Assembly: GCA_023659865.1 (NCBI GenBank)
Contig: JAGXON010000005.1
Coordinates: 1-64,000, forward strand
Direction: 5' to 3'
Origin: Candidatus Diapherotrites archaeon LH_S9
GTDB lineage: Archaea > B1Sed10-29 > WALL01 > JAGXON01
DNA: 64,000 nt
This document shows, piece after piece, positions 10,474 to 21,495 of the stretch (positions are counted from its first letter, which is position 1; each line of letters opens with the position of its first letter). Under the pieces are notes generated by a model. It was not told the origin of the DNA, did no database searches, and was given only the letters and a program-made list of their open reading frames with translations. A program made the position numbers and the translations under genes.

Positions 10474-10563
10474 TTAAAGAACTAAGCAGCCGGCCACAGC
10501 ACCTAGTACAGCTATAAATGTGAGCAGGGTTGCCATAGCGACATGAGGAACTCCTCTTTTCAT
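10474..10563 (-). CDS. possible 29-aa hydrophobic micro-ORF (MKRGVPHVAMATLLTFIAVLGAVAGCLVL)
   Basis: ATG..TAA ORF in an otherwise empty 150-bp intergenic space; single predicted TM helix; not on the ORF track because it is shorter than 60 aa. Confidence 0.15.
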   Translation of the reverse strand: MKRGVPHVAMATLLTFIAVLGAVAGCLVL

Positions 10564-10613
10564 ACTAATCAATAAACAATGTTCACCACATATTAAAAAA
10601 CAAGGGGTGGCGT

Positions 10614-11411
10614 TCACTCGGAATGATTTATTTCTTCGTGAGCCGTTGGTTCTCCAGCAAACGCTCCACTAACCAGTGAAAAGATTTGTTTCCGATACCA
10701 AAAAGCTATGCCCAGTATTATAAGTACTGCAAGCAAGTTAATAGGAGTTCCAAACCATTCAGTAGTTCTTTTTACCAGCACCTCTGTCGAGATCTGGCTT
10801 TGAATAGTTACTTCCCTAGTAAAACTGACGCGGAAATGTTCAGCATTGAACGGCTGCCTGTAACTCCAGACAAACACGTCATGCTTTTTCCCATCTATTA
10901 TCTCGCTCCTCTTCTTGAAAGGAGGCGGAGTAACATCTTCAGCAAGCGTTAAAACTGAAGGCATCTTCACAGTGAGTTCTGTTGGAGGAGAGAACGGTAG
11001 TTTTATCTTTTCTCCATTGTAGAACCTGAATTCTTTTTCAGTGAGAGCTAAAACAGCTTTCTTCCCTTTTGTTTCCACCTGTCGCACGAGTTCATTGGTT
11101 CTGTACTGAAGCACTACAATAGCTATGTCCGATTCTGAAACCTCAGGTATAATCCTCATTTCTTCGACAGGAACCTTCAAAGTCTTCTGGATTCCTATTT
11201 CCTTCCAGTCATCCATTTCATTGGATTCAACAGTCGTGTTAAGCAAAGCTTTTCCCTGTTCGCTGGAGGTTCTGATCCAGTACTCTTCTTCAATGTTTCC
11301 TGAACCGTCTTCGCTCATAGTTACTACTATATCGTGCTTTACTACTTCGACACCGAACGCTCCGAAAACAAAAAGCATCAATACAAGGGCCAGAAAAACT
11401 TTCTTCATCAA
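10614..11411 (-). CDS. hypothetical secreted/membrane-anchored protein (N-terminal signal, C-terminal TM)
   Basis: Hydrophobic N-terminus MMKKVFLALVLMLFVFGAFG and a C-terminal TM segment; no motif recognised. Confidence 0.35.
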   Translation of the reverse strand: MMKKVFLALVLMLFVFGAFGVEVVKHDIVVTMSEDGSGNIEEEYWIRTSSEQGKALLNTTVESNEMDDWKEIGIQKTLKVPVEEMRIIPEVSESDIAIVVLQYRTNELVRQVETKGKKAVLALTEKEFRFYNGEKIKLPFSPPTELTVKMPSVLTLAEDVTPPPFKKRSEIIDGKKHDVFVWSYRQPFNAEHFRVSFTREVTIQSQISTEVLVKRTTEWFGTPINLLAVLIILGIAFWYRKQIFSLVSGAFAGEPTAHEEINHSE

Positions 11412-11443
11412 AAAAGATTGATGTAAAGAAAGTATAAAAAGAT

Positions 11444-12343
11444 TCAGAAAGAAATGCTTTTCAGATCCTCTGCCGTCTCAGTATTGTGAAAAACTTTTCT
11501 TGCTTCATCCCGCAGCTTATGAACTTTCTTGTAGCGCGGGGAAAAATGAGTCAAAATCAGTTTCTTCACCTGAGCTTCTCTAGCAACTTCAGCAGCTTCT
11601 TTAGCAGTACTGTGATTCGTTTTCTTAGCTCTATCGAGCACGTCCTGAGAGAAAGTAGAGTCATGAATAAGCAAGTCAGCGTCTTTTGCCTCGTTCACTA
11701 GCCTAACGCATGGTCGCGTGTCCCCAGAATAACAGATCTTTAGACCTTTTTCCTTGAAAACGTAGTCTTCAGGATTGATGTTCTCCCCCTGCCACTCGAC
11801 TTCTTCCCCCTGCTTTATTTTCTTGTACAACGGACCTGGCTCCAAACCATGGTCTTCAACGAGCTTCTCTTCATCAATATGCTTCACTGGCTTCTGCTGA
11901 AAGACCAGGCCTAAAGAATTCTTCCTGTGCCTAACGGGAAACATCTTGAAAAAGTATTCATCTGTCTCAAGCGCTTTGCCTTCATCAACTTCCTTGACTT
12001 TTATATCAAAAGCTTTTTCATAGGAACCTAGTTTCTCCATTATCCTGACAAGATCCTCTGTTCCTTCTGGCCCTATGATCAGTAGATCTTTTTCTCTTCC
12101 GCGGAGGTTCAAGGTCTGTATGAGCCCAGGTATCCCAAGAATATGGTCTCCGTGAAAGTGAGTGATAAAGATGGCATTGATTTTAGTAGCGCTTGTCTTC
12201 GACTTCATCATCTGTCTCTGGGTTCCTTCTCCGCAATCAAACAAGAATCGGTCGGATTTGAATCTGAAGAAGATCGAGGTATGGTTCCTCTTGACTGTTG
12301 GAGTTGCCGAACCTGTCCCCAGGAAAACAATTTCCGATTCCAT
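11444..12343 (-). CDS. rnz: ribonuclease Z (tRNA 3' endonuclease, metallo-beta-lactamase fold)
   Basis: HxHxDH motif ITHFHGDHILGIPGLIQT, a C-terminal His motif, and about 300 aa. Confidence 0.8.
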   Translation of the reverse strand: MESEIVFLGTGSATPTVKRNHTSIFFRFKSDRFLFDCGEGTQRQMMKSKTSATKINAIFITHFHGDHILGIPGLIQTLNLRGREKDLLIIGPEGTEDLVRIMEKLGSYEKAFDIKVKEVDEGKALETDEYFFKMFPVRHRKNSLGLVFQQKPVKHIDEEKLVEDHGLEPGPLYKKIKQGEEVEWQGENINPEDYVFKEKGLKICYSGDTRPCVRLVNEAKDADLLIHDSTFSQDVLDRAKKTNHSTAKEAAEVAREAQVKKLILTHFSPRYKKVHKLRDEARKVFHNTETAEDLKSISF

Positions 12344-12400
12344 GACTCAATTGATTATGACAACAAAAATATTTAAATCCGTAACCATTTTCTCTTAATC

Positions 12401-13675
12401 ATGGAAAACAAAGAACTAGCTGAAAAACTCGTCAACCAGAGCATGAAGATTGGAAGAAAGAAGAACCCAGGCATCAAGAAAGCCGAAGAAAAGTACGGAA
12501 AAGAAAAGATACAAGAGATAAGAACCAACCAAGAAAAAATAAACGAAGAAATAAAGAAAGAGATTTCAGACGTTGATTACGGACCTCTTTTACACACTTC
12601 AAACGGAAAGCTAGATATCAAAGAAGAAGTAGGACACACCGTCATGATCACCTGCCATAAAGAAAACAGAGAGCTCGCAAGACAAATAGAAAAAAAATGT
12701 CTTGAGAACGGAGCGCACACACTACTACTACAAAAAAACACCGAGAGAATGAAAGAAAAATACGTTCTGCCCCCAAAAGACACTTTGAAAGAACTTCCTG
12801 AAATCTCGAAGTCCCTAGCATCAGAAATTGATTACGCCATCACTATCGAACCAGCAGAAAAAACAAAATGGAAAAAAAACTTGCCAGAAAAAAAGCTTTC
12901 AGCTCATTCGCCAGTAAAACAAAGACTTTACAACATCAGAGACAGGAACCAGGTCAGATGGGCTTACGTTGGATGGCCGCACCCAGGAATAGCAAAAGAC
13001 CTCGGCATAAGCAAAGAAAAGTTCGAAAGAGTCCTGAACACATCGGTGGAAGAGTCCTTCAAGCAAGAAATGGTTGACACCATCCAAACCTACCACGAAT
13101 TAATGTCCAGAAGCAGAGAAGTTCGAATAGAGAGCGAGGAAGGCACCGAATTATTTTTAAGTGTTGAAGGAAGACATTTCCTTAAAGACAACGGGGTACT
13201 GAGCAAGAAAGACATTGAAAGAGGGGACATAGGCATGAACTTCCCTTGCGGAGAAGTTTTCGTTGCACCAGTTGAAGACAGTGCAGAAGGAAAAATATTC
13301 ATCCCGAAAAGCTCTTTATCAAGCTACGGAACCGTTGAAGACATCTGGATAGAGTTCGAGAATGGCGCGATAGTTGATTACTCCGCAGAAAAAAACGAGG
13401 AATACCTCGACAGATTCTTCAAAGAAAACACTGGGGAAATAAAGAGAATAGCCGAACTAGGAATCGGTTGCAACAAAGCAGCAGAATACACTGGCGGCTA
13501 CATCCTCATCGATGAAAAAATATTTGGAACCATCCACTTCGCTGTCGGCTGGAACATTGGATACGGCGGAGAAAACCAGGCTTCAGCACACCACGATTTC
13601 ATAAAACCAATGGAAAACGGAAAAATGTATGCAGATGACAAATTAGTCATGGAAAAAGGAAGACCAGTAAAATGA
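12401..13675 (+). CDS. aminopeptidase, probably M29 (AmpS/aminopeptidase T-like) family
   Basis: NFPCGEVFVAPV and HFAVGWN...HHDF resemble conserved M29 motifs; overlaps tldD by 4 nt. Confidence 0.45.
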   Translation: MENKELAEKLVNQSMKIGRKKNPGIKKAEEKYGKEKIQEIRTNQEKINEEIKKEISDVDYGPLLHTSNGKLDIKEEVGHTVMITCHKENRELARQIEKKCLENGAHTLLLQKNTERMKEKYVLPPKDTLKELPEISKSLASEIDYAITIEPAEKTKWKKNLPEKKLSAHSPVKQRLYNIRDRNQVRWAYVGWPHPGIAKDLGISKEKFERVLNTSVEESFKQEMVDTIQTYHELMSRSREVRIESEEGTELFLSVEGRHFLKDNGVLSKKDIERGDIGMNFPCGEVFVAPVEDSAEGKIFIPKSSLSSYGTVEDIWIEFENGAIVDYSAEKNEEYLDRFFKENTGEIKRIAELGIGCNKAAEYTGGYILIDEKIFGTIHFAVGWNIGYGGENQASAHHDFIKPMENGKMYADDKLVMEKGRPVK

Positions 13676-15051
13676 TGGACAAAATAAGGAAGACGCTGGA
13701 TAAAACGAGCGCTGACTTCGCAGAAGTCAATATGGAGAAGAACTGGAACAATAAAATAGTTCTGAATAACGCTGAAGTCGATAAAGTTCGATCAGGTAAC
13801 AGAACTCTTTTTGGAGTAAGAGTATTGAACAACAATTCCTGGGGATTCGCTTCCTCAAACGATCCGGACGACCTAGAAGAATGCGTTAAAAAAGCCAAGA
13901 AGCTCGCCAAAGTTTCCTCCAAAAACTCAATAAACGCAAGACTAGCAGAATCACCGATAAACAAAGGAAAGTACAAGATAAAGCCAGAAAAACATCCTAA
14001 CGACATCGGAATAGATGAAAAACTGGAAAGATGCCTGGAATTAAGCAAAAACGGGCAAGAAAAAAACATAAAGAGCACTACCCTACAGTACCTTGACTCG
14101 CACGCGAAAAAAGTTTACGTGAACACAGAAGGAACCGAACTCACCTACAAGCCAGTCAGATCCTTCTTCGTTTACAAAGCATTCACCCAAGGAAACAAAC
14201 TCTTACAGGCATCTAAAAGAGACGCAGGCCTGAAAGGCGTGGAAATACTGGACGGGAAAGAAAAGATGGTGAAAGAAACAAACAAGAAAGCTCGACTGTT
14301 ACTTAAATCACGTTCTCCTCCTTCAGGAAAAATGACCGTGGTCATAAACCCAAAAATGGCTGGGACACTCGCACACGAAGCTATTGGCCACGCTTGCGAA
14401 GGAGACTCAGTAATAAACGGAAAATCTATACTGCAAGGGAAGAAAGAAGAGAAAATAGGTTCAGAAAAAGTCACGATCAAAGACGATCCAACTCTAGAGA
14501 ACTTTTTCGGAAGCTATCCATTCGACTCCGAGGGAGTAGAAGGACAAGAAACCACGCTCATCAAGGAAGGCCGGTTGAAGAACTTCATGCACTCTCGAGA
14601 AACCGCTGAAAAAGAAGAAGTGAAGCCCACAGGTAACGGCCGGGCACAGAACCCTTCTCATTTTCCTTTAGTCAGAATGAGTAACACTTTCTTCTGCGAA
14701 GGAGATCAGACTGAAGAAGAGCTTTTCGAAGGAATAGAGAAAGGAGTTTACGTTCACGGGATGAAAGGAGGAGTAAGCAACACCAACAGTGGTTACTTCC
14801 AGTTCGCTGCAGAGTACGGGCAACTAATCGAAAACGGTGAAAAAACAAAGCCGTTAAGAGACGTAACTCTCGTTGGAAACATCATGAAAACGTTGAAAAA
14901 AGTTTCTGGAGCAGGAAAAGAAAAAATGCTAGGCGACCCAGGAATATGCGGCAAAGCCGGCCAGTCAGTGCCCGTGACCGACGGAGGACCGTCCATCAGA
15001 ATAGAAAGCATCTTAGTGGGAGGAAACAAAAATGGAAAAAATCCTCTGTAA
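13672..15051 (+). CDS. tldD: TldD-family metalloprotease
   Basis: HExxxGH motif in GTLAHEAIGHACEGD; about 460 aa; followed by its paralogous partner. Confidence 0.75.
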   Translation: MMDKIRKTLDKTSADFAEVNMEKNWNNKIVLNNAEVDKVRSGNRTLFGVRVLNNNSWGFASSNDPDDLEECVKKAKKLAKVSSKNSINARLAESPINKGKYKIKPEKHPNDIGIDEKLERCLELSKNGQEKNIKSTTLQYLDSHAKKVYVNTEGTELTYKPVRSFFVYKAFTQGNKLLQASKRDAGLKGVEILDGKEKMVKETNKKARLLLKSRSPPSGKMTVVINPKMAGTLAHEAIGHACEGDSVINGKSILQGKKEEKIGSEKVTIKDDPTLENFFGSYPFDSEGVEGQETTLIKEGRLKNFMHSRETAEKEEVKPTGNGRAQNPSHFPLVRMSNTFFCEGDQTEEELFEGIEKGVYVHGMKGGVSNTNSGYFQFAAEYGQLIENGEKTKPLRDVTLVGNIMKTLKKVSGAGKEKMLGDPGICGKAGQSVPVTDGGPSIRIESILVGGNKNGKNPL

Positions 15052-16282
15052 AGCTGAAAAAAAAGCAGAATCCGCAGAAATCTACCGCCTTAACGAACAG
15101 AACTCGTTGATCAGAACCAGCCAAGGAAAAATAGAGACCTCAAAAACCGGAAAATCAAAAGGATACGGCCTCAGGATAACTAGAAACAGTTCAACAGGCT
15201 ACTCGTACTTCTCGGAAAAAAAACACGCAGACAAAGCAATAAAAACTGCTTTAAAGCTCGCTAAAATGAACAAAAACCCTGTAGAGCTCCCTTTAACCAA
15301 AAAAACAAGAAAGACCAAGACTTTTGACAAAAAAATCCAGGAACTGGACTTCGATGACCTAGCAAGACTTATCAGACGAATAAACAAAGGAACGAACAGG
15401 CACGCGGAAACCCTGAAATCCCAGATATCAACTTACATCGTGAAAGTAAGAGTGATAAACTCAAGAGGAACCGATCTACAGAAAAAAAGTACCTCGTTCC
15501 TCGCTTACGCAGTCGGGAAAAAAAAGAAGGCAACAGGGATAGATTACTACTTCAAAAAGAAATTCAGCCCAAAAGTCACTGAAGTAGGAGAAAAAGCAGG
15601 CAAGATAGCAAAGAAAAGCGCTGGAGGCAAACCCCTCTCTTTCACAGGAGACATAGTCATAGATCCGGAAGTACTCTCGAGCTTTCTAGAAAAAACTGTT
15701 TTAAGAGACGTTAACGGGAAAAAAATCGATAAAGGCCAATCCAACTGGAATGAAAAAATCGGTGAAAAAGTTTCAGACGAATTCAACTTGACTGACGATC
15801 CTTTCCTCGATTACGGAGCAGGAACCACTAGCTTCGACGACGAGGCAGTTCCCACGAGCAAAACTACACTGATAAAGAAAGGAGTTCTGAAAAACTTTTT
15901 AGACAACCTTGAAACAAGCAGAGAAAGTACTGGAAACGGATTCAGAAGCAATTACTCTTCAACCCCGTCGATAGACACCACCAACATAGTGCTCGAGCCA
16001 CCGGAAAGAGAAAACGTCTTCGACGTAAAAAAAGGCGTTTTCGTGAAAAACCTGTCAGGCTTCCATAACATGAACGCTTCAACCGGAGACTTTGCACTGA
16101 ACATAGGTACAGGCTTCAGAATAAAAAACGGGAAAAAAACAAAACCAGTCAGAGGCTGCATGCTCACAGGAAACTTCTACAACATGATAAACAAGATAAA
16201 AGGATTCCACGAAGAAGACGAGCAAAAAACCTGGTTCAAAGGACCAGCCATCCGCTACAAAGGAAAAATAGTTGGAAGCTAA
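15032..16282 (+). CDS. pmbA: TldE/PmbA-family protein (TldD partner)
   Basis: TldD/PmbA-like C-terminal region (GTGFRIKNGK...VRGCMLTGN) lacking the HExxxGH motif; immediately downstream of tldD. Confidence 0.6.
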   Translation: MEKILCKAEKKAESAEIYRLNEQNSLIRTSQGKIETSKTGKSKGYGLRITRNSSTGYSYFSEKKHADKAIKTALKLAKMNKNPVELPLTKKTRKTKTFDKKIQELDFDDLARLIRRINKGTNRHAETLKSQISTYIVKVRVINSRGTDLQKKSTSFLAYAVGKKKKATGIDYYFKKKFSPKVTEVGEKAGKIAKKSAGGKPLSFTGDIVIDPEVLSSFLEKTVLRDVNGKKIDKGQSNWNEKIGEKVSDEFNLTDDPFLDYGAGTTSFDDEAVPTSKTTLIKKGVLKNFLDNLETSRESTGNGFRSNYSSTPSIDTTNIVLEPPERENVFDVKKGVFVKNLSGFHNMNASTGDFALNIGTGFRIKNGKKTKPVRGCMLTGNFYNMINKIKGFHEEDEQKTWFKGPAIRYKGKIVGS

Positions 16283-17226
16283 TCCTTCTCGATCACGTGA
16301 ACGAACTTGCTCAAACTCTTATGAATCCTTTGCTCAAAAAACTGCTGCAAACCAGGCACCTCAAGTTCTTCAGGCGCTACAAGAACCGCCTTGCATCCTG
16401 GCTTCAGATGATCAAGAACCTTTTCAACATCAAAAACCTCCTTCTTGGTCCTGCCAAACAACTTAGAGCTCTTACCAAAAGGCAGTTCCGACACAACAGC
16501 ATCAAACTCCCCGCCACTCCACTCAAAAAAGTCAGCTTGCTCAACAGAAACACTTTCCCCTAAATCAAAGAACTCGACGTTCTCTCGAGCTCCTTCAACA
16601 CTCTTTCCGTCCAAGTCCAGGCCAGTGCACTCAACCCCCATACTCGCAGCCTCCAGAAGAATTCCTCCAGACCCACAAAAAGGATCAAGTAACTTCCCAC
16701 CACTCTTAATTCCAGAAAGATTTACTAGCGTCCTTGCCTGCCTCGGCTGACAAGACGCTGGATGGGAAAACGGCCTGGAATTAACTCTACGTTCCTCAAC
16801 AGAACTGTACTTAGAAATCTGACGAGTTAAAAAAATTTTATCGTGTGAGACGAACGCTCTGAAAACAATTTCAGGCCGCTCCAAATCCACTTTTCCTTTA
16901 ATACGCGACCCAACACGCTTTTTGATGATTTGAGTGCTCTGAACAGGCTTTTCCGTAAGCTTGACGGCTTCAACGGAAAAAGAATTAAATGGAAAAGAAG
17001 ACAACTTGGCCAAGTCGAGATTGGAAACCGATTCTGCTTCATCGATTAACTCGCAAGAAAAATGGGTTAAAGCAAGCCGTTCCGGCTTCAGGCCCTTAGC
17101 TTCAGCTATCAAGACATTATCAAACTCTTTAATCACTTTCCCGTCAAAAGCTTTGATCAAAGCCTTTGCTTCAGCTGCCGGGAGCCCAGGATGATTTTTT
17201 GTCAAGTAGAAAAAAAACTTCATCAA
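16279..17226 (-). CDS. tRNA (guanine-N2) methyltransferase of the Trm-G10/Trm14 type (THUMP-associated class I MTase)
   Basis: SAM motif LLDPFCGSGGILLEAASMG; N-terminal THUMP-like region; motif IV not securely identified. Confidence 0.55.
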   Translation of the reverse strand: MMKFFFYLTKNHPGLPAAEAKALIKAFDGKVIKEFDNVLIAEAKGLKPERLALTHFSCELIDEAESVSNLDLAKLSSFPFNSFSVEAVKLTEKPVQSTQIIKKRVGSRIKGKVDLERPEIVFRAFVSHDKIFLTRQISKYSSVEERRVNSRPFSHPASCQPRQARTLVNLSGIKSGGKLLDPFCGSGGILLEAASMGVECTGLDLDGKSVEGARENVEFFDLGESVSVEQADFFEWSGGEFDAVVSELPFGKSSKLFGRTKKEVFDVEKVLDHLKPGCKAVLVAPEELEVPGLQQFFEQRIHKSLSKFVHVIEKD

Positions 17227-17265
17227 ATGCTTTTAAGAAAAAAACACTAAAAAGATAGTGGGAAA

Positions 17266-19119
17266 ATGAAAGACTTTGAAACCACTGAAGAAATAGACGT
17301 ACCTGAAAAAATAATCGATCAAGTCATAGGCCAAGAAAAAGGAGTAAAACTAATTAAAAAAGCAGCAAAACAAAGAAGAAACGCTTTCCTCCTCGGAGAT
17401 CCAGGCACAGGAAAAAGCATGCTTGGAATGGCAATGGCCGAGCTCCTGCCTTCAGAAGAACTTGTCGACGTTATCGTGGAAGAGAATAGTTCGGATCCAA
17501 ACAAGCCAGAAGTCAGGAAAGTCCCTGCTGGACAAGGAGAAGAAGAAAGAAGAAAAGCAATGATGGATTCGGTTTCTTCTTCACAGAACCAGAAATTGAC
17601 TGGTACAATCATACTAATTTTCCTTTTGTCAATACCCTGGATACTGCTTCATTTCAACTTCATAACTGAGATAATGGCTGCAGCCTCACTAGTAGTTGGT
17701 GGAATGATCGGAGTAGGTGCAATAATAGGAATGCAAGTCAAAAGACAAGGAAAAAACAAAGAACCAAAACTACTGATCGATAACAGTGAAGAAGATCACG
17801 CTCCTTTCGTAGAAGCAACAGGAGCAAAAGCTGGAGCCCTGCTAGGAGACGTGCAGCACGATCCACTGCAATCAGGAGGACTTGGAACCCCACCTCACCT
17901 CAGAGTTGAAGCAGGAATGATCCACAAAGCACACAAAGGAGTTCTTTTCCTGGACGAAATAGCAACTCTCAGTCCAAAAAGCCAGCAAGAGCTTTTAACC
18001 GCTATGCAAGAAGGAGAATACTCAATAACTGGACAGAGCGAGATGAGTAGTGGTGCAATGGTTCACACTGAACCCGTGCCATGCGACTTCGTGCTCGTTG
18101 CCGCAGGAAACGTTCAGGACATGGAGAAAATGCATCCAGCACTCAGATCCCGTATCCGAGGATACGGTTACGAGATTTACCTCAATTCAGTGATGGAAGA
18201 CAATGAAGAGAACAGAGAAAAAATCGTACAATTCGTGGCCCAGGAAGTAGAGAAAGACGGTAAGATACCTCACTTTAGCAAAGAAGGAGTTGAAGAGATC
18301 ATAAAAGAAGCAAAGAAAAAAGCTGACAGGAAAAACAAGTTGACAGTGCACTTGAGAGAACTCGGTGGACTCATCAGAGCTAGTGGAGACATAGCAAAAT
18401 CAAAGGGAGACAAAAGAGTAAAAGCAAAACACGTGAAAGACGCTAAAAAGATCTCGAAGACCATGGAAGAACAAATAGCTGAAAAGTACATCTCAAAGAA
18501 AAGAGACTACGAGGTCTTTACCGTGGAAGGAGAAAGAACCGGGAAAGTTAACGGCCTAGGGATTATGGGGAACGGAGGAATCATAATACCAATCGAAGCA
18601 GAAGTGTCTGCAGCTCAATCAAAAAAGAAAGGGAAAACTATTGCGACAGGAAAACTTGGAGAAATAGCTAAAGAAGCCGTCCAGAACGTGAGTGCATTAG
18701 TCAAAAAATACAAAGGAGAAGACATCTCTAACTATGACATACACATCCAGTTCCTACAGACTTACGAAGGAGTCGAAGGCGATTCAGCTTCAGTGAGCGT
18801 GGCTACTGGAGTACTTTCAGCACTGGAACAAATAAAGATAAAGCAAGATGTAGCGATGACCGGTTCGCTAAGTGTCAGAGGACAAGTTCTACCAGTAGGA
18901 AAAGTAACTCAGAAAGCAGAGGCAGCAGCAGAAGCCGGAGTTAAAAAAGTATTGGTCCCGGGATCCAACACCGAGGACTTGTCGCTTTCAGAAGAGTACG
19001 AAGAAAAGATAGAGATAGTGCCCGTGAAAAACCTTTATGACGTGCTTAACTACGCTCTAGTGGAAGGAAAAGAAAAGAAGAATCTCTTGAAAAACATTGG
19101 AAAGGTTTTCAAAGACTAG
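17266..19119 (+). CDS. lonB: archaeal membrane-bound Lon protease
   Basis: Walker [11 protein letters not shown], two TM helices inserted into the AAA module, and a C-terminal Lon proteolytic domain with catalytic Ser in [11 protein letters not shown]. Confidence 0.85.
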   Translation: MKDFETTEEIDVPEKIIDQVIGQEKGVKLIKKAAKQRRNAFLLGDPGTGKSMLGMAMAELLPSEELVDVIVEENSSDPNKPEVRKVPAGQGEEERRKAMMDSVSSSQNQKLTGTIILIFLLSIPWILLHFNFITEIMAAASLVVGGMIGVGAIIGMQVKRQGKNKEPKLLIDNSEEDHAPFVEATGAKAGALLGDVQHDPLQSGGLGTPPHLRVEAGMIHKAHKGVLFLDEIATLSPKSQQELLTAMQEGEYSITGQSEMSSGAMVHTEPVPCDFVLVAAGNVQDMEKMHPALRSRIRGYGYEIYLNSVMEDNEENREKIVQFVAQEVEKDGKIPHFSKEGVEEIIKEAKKKADRKNKLTVHLRELGGLIRASGDIAKSKGDKRVKAKHVKDAKKISKTMEEQIAEKYISKKRDYEVFTVEGERTGKVNGLGIMGNGGIIIPIEAEVSAAQSKKKGKTIATGKLGEIAKEAVQNVSALVKKYKGEDISNYDIHIQFLQTYEGVEGDSASVSVATGVLSALEQIKIKQDVAMTGSLSVRGQVLPVGKVTQKAEAAAEAGVKKVLVPGSNTEDLSLSEEYEEKIEIVPVKNLYDVLNYALVEGKEKKNLLKNIGKVFKD

Positions 19120-20389
19120 AGAGCTTTAGCACCACTGATTCTTTAATAAAGAACACATCACTGAACTTCGATGCCTTCTGCTCCCCGTCAGTAGAGTACT
19201 CAAAAACATTCTCTTCCGGGTTAACCGAAGTCACTTCACCTACTTCAGTTCCATCAATGTCCTTGACCTTCATACCCTCTTCTAATCGTCTCTTGACGTA
19301 CCTTCGGACGTAAATGAAGTTAACTATCAAGAAACCAACTACCGTGACTATGAAAGCTATTCCAAAAGATATCATCAAGTCCATAAACCCGGGTCCAGAG
19401 CTTACTGCGCCCGCCCAGTACATAGCGAATTTGCTTACGCTATCAAGTATTATGAATAAAGCAAACATTGAAACAAGTGATCTAGCGTATTTTTTGAGCA
19501 GATAGTGCTTCTGCCGGTGGTACATGTCGCCCATCCTGCCCAGTAAAAACAAGGCCGAGGAAAGAACGAACAACCCGATGAAACCAGAAACAAATGCTGC
19601 TGAAAGCACTATCGGTTCCGGAGCAGTTAAAACGGTTCCTGAAATGCTTTGCTGTACAAAAGAAACTTTGTCAGCTCCTGACCAGAAACCTAACAAAAGT
19701 AGTAAAGCTGAACCTAGGTAAAGCGGGAAGCTAGCCCTTTCAATAGATGTGGACCCCTTGAAGGAAGAGAAAGTTTTTATAAGTCCTTCCTCAATCCCAA
19801 ATCCCTTGCCTATCAAGTAAATACCTACTAACCCAAGTATGATATTCATGGAAACTTCCTGGATGTTGAAAAAGTTCACTAAGCCATAGATAGCAAGAAT
19901 AACTCCTGGAAGACCAAATATCAGTCTAGCGAAAAAAGGATCCTTAAATATTTCTTTGAGCACGTGATAGCTTTTCTCAAGCTCTTTAGTCTGCTTGATG
20001 ATAACTGGCTGAACAGATGCAACTGGTATCCTGCTCTCGATTAGTGGAAGAATCTGTTCATCGTCTGCTCCATCCGAAACGAGTATAACTTCCTCTAAAT
20101 CGTACTCTTCGTTTAAGTTATCTAAACTCTCAGCTATCTTTTTATCGGCCTTGTAACCTCTGCTTTTATGGCCAACAATAGTTGCAATTAATTTATCTTC
20201 TTCGTCAAGATTGTTGAAGACGTTAACAGCTTTATAAATAGCGTTAACGTCAGAATCAGCTGGATCAGCTAAGGCAAGTTGCTTAGCTGCCTTAATATTG
20301 TCTTCTTTCCCTAGGACAGGAGATTTGACTTTAGCCTTCTTCCCTAAATCGTCGTCCCGGTCAACACATAAGACTAAGGTTTTTCCCAT
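19109..20389 (-). CDS. conserved archaeal membrane protein (DUF373-like)
   Basis: N-terminal [23 protein letters not shown]...[11 protein letters not shown] resembles the DUF373 N-domain; about 6 TM helices. Confidence 0.4.
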   Translation of the reverse strand: MGKTLVLCVDRDDDLGKKAKVKSPVLGKEDNIKAAKQLALADPADSDVNAIYKAVNVFNNLDEEDKLIATIVGHKSRGYKADKKIAESLDNLNEEYDLEEVILVSDGADDEQILPLIESRIPVASVQPVIIKQTKELEKSYHVLKEIFKDPFFARLIFGLPGVILAIYGLVNFFNIQEVSMNIILGLVGIYLIGKGFGIEEGLIKTFSSFKGSTSIERASFPLYLGSALLLLLGFWSGADKVSFVQQSISGTVLTAPEPIVLSAAFVSGFIGLFVLSSALFLLGRMGDMYHRQKHYLLKKYARSLVSMFALFIILDSVSKFAMYWAGAVSSGPGFMDLMISFGIAFIVTVVGFLIVNFIYVRRYVKRRLEEGMKVKDIDGTEVGEVTSVNPEENVFEYSTDGEQKASKFSDVFFIKESVVLKLSSL

Positions 20390-20450
20390 GATTCTACCAT
20401 ACTTTTATACTTAAAGAACGTTTATATAACTTACATAACCAGGTGCTCAA

Positions 20451-21488
20451 ATGGCCGATCCATTCAAAGAAATGTCTTCAGCTAGAAAATCATCTAAAGG
20501 AAGCTCAAATAGTGGCACGGAAAAAAAAGAGGTAGGAGTATTCCTCTTAATGCTCTTTATTGCCGTGGCTGCTCTAGCAGTACTTTACTTAACAGGATAC
20601 TTAGGCAATCTACTTCTATTGATTGGCATACTTATCATACTTGGTTTAGTATACCTGCAATCCCCTAACTTTGTCATACAGTTAAACGAGTATCAGAGAG
20701 CAGTTATATTCAGACGAGGAAAATTCCTGAGAGTGGCTGACCCAGGTTGGGTTGTGCTAATTCCTTTTGTTGACGATGCCGTTGTCGAGGACCTTAGAGT
20801 CAAAACCGTTGATATAACCCCTCAAGAAGTAGTGACAACAGACAACATCAAGCTGAACATAGATGCAGTGATCTTCATGAAGATCGAGAACCCGAAAGCA
20901 GCTGTTCTGAACGTGGAAAACTGTCAGAAAGCTGCATCAGATTATGTAAAAGCACACTTAAGAGACGTGGTAGGTGAAATGACTTTAGCGGACGCAATAA
21001 GTAACATAGCACAAGTCAACAGAAAACTTGAAAAAGGACTGGAGAGAGTTGGAGGAGAATGGGGAGTCAAAGTAGAAAAAGTCGAAATACAAGAACTAGT
21101 GCTACCTCCAAGCGTCATGAGAGCAATGCACGAGAAAAGAGAAGCAAAAGAACACAAAGAAGCAAAAAAGAGAGATGCAGAAGCAAAAGAATACCGCATC
21201 AGCAAAGTGAAAAAAGCAGCAAAAAACCTTTCAGACCCAGCACTACGGTACCTCTACCTGCAAGCACTCGAAGAAGTCGGAAGAGGGAGAAGCAGCAAAA
21301 TAATATTCCCAATCGAGTTAACACATCTAGCGGAAAGATTAGGTAAGAAATCAGACACGAAAGGGATAGAGGAACAGCTTAAAGGAAAGTACAAAGACAT
21401 GCTCCTCGATCAAGTGAAGAAAGGCGAGGAAAATCCTGAAGAAAAAGCACTCAAGAAAGTAAAGAAAAAAGAAGAAAAAGAAGAATAG
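20451..21488 (+). CDS. SPFH/band-7 (stomatin/prohibitin-like) membrane protein
   Basis: N-terminal TM, then YQRAVIFRRGKFLRVADPGWVVLIPFVD...NIKLNIDAVIFMKIENP, typical of the SPFH domain; K/E-rich tail. Confidence 0.75.
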   Translation: MADPFKEMSSARKSSKGSSNSGTEKKEVGVFLLMLFIAVAALAVLYLTGYLGNLLLLIGILIILGLVYLQSPNFVIQLNEYQRAVIFRRGKFLRVADPGWVVLIPFVDDAVVEDLRVKTVDITPQEVVTTDNIKLNIDAVIFMKIENPKAAVLNVENCQKAASDYVKAHLRDVVGEMTLADAISNIAQVNRKLEKGLERVGGEWGVKVEKVEIQELVLPPSVMRAMHEKREAKEHKEAKKRDAEAKEYRISKVKKAAKNLSDPALRYLYLQALEEVGRGRSSKIIFPIELTHLAERLGKKSDTKGIEEQLKGKYKDMLLDQVKKGEENPEEKALKKVKKKEEKEE

Positions 21489-21495
21489 TGGCACA

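Noticed and set aside
21059-21346. 95-aa Arg/Lys/Ser-rich ORF
   Set aside because: Alternative frame within the SPFH gene's K/E-rich tail.
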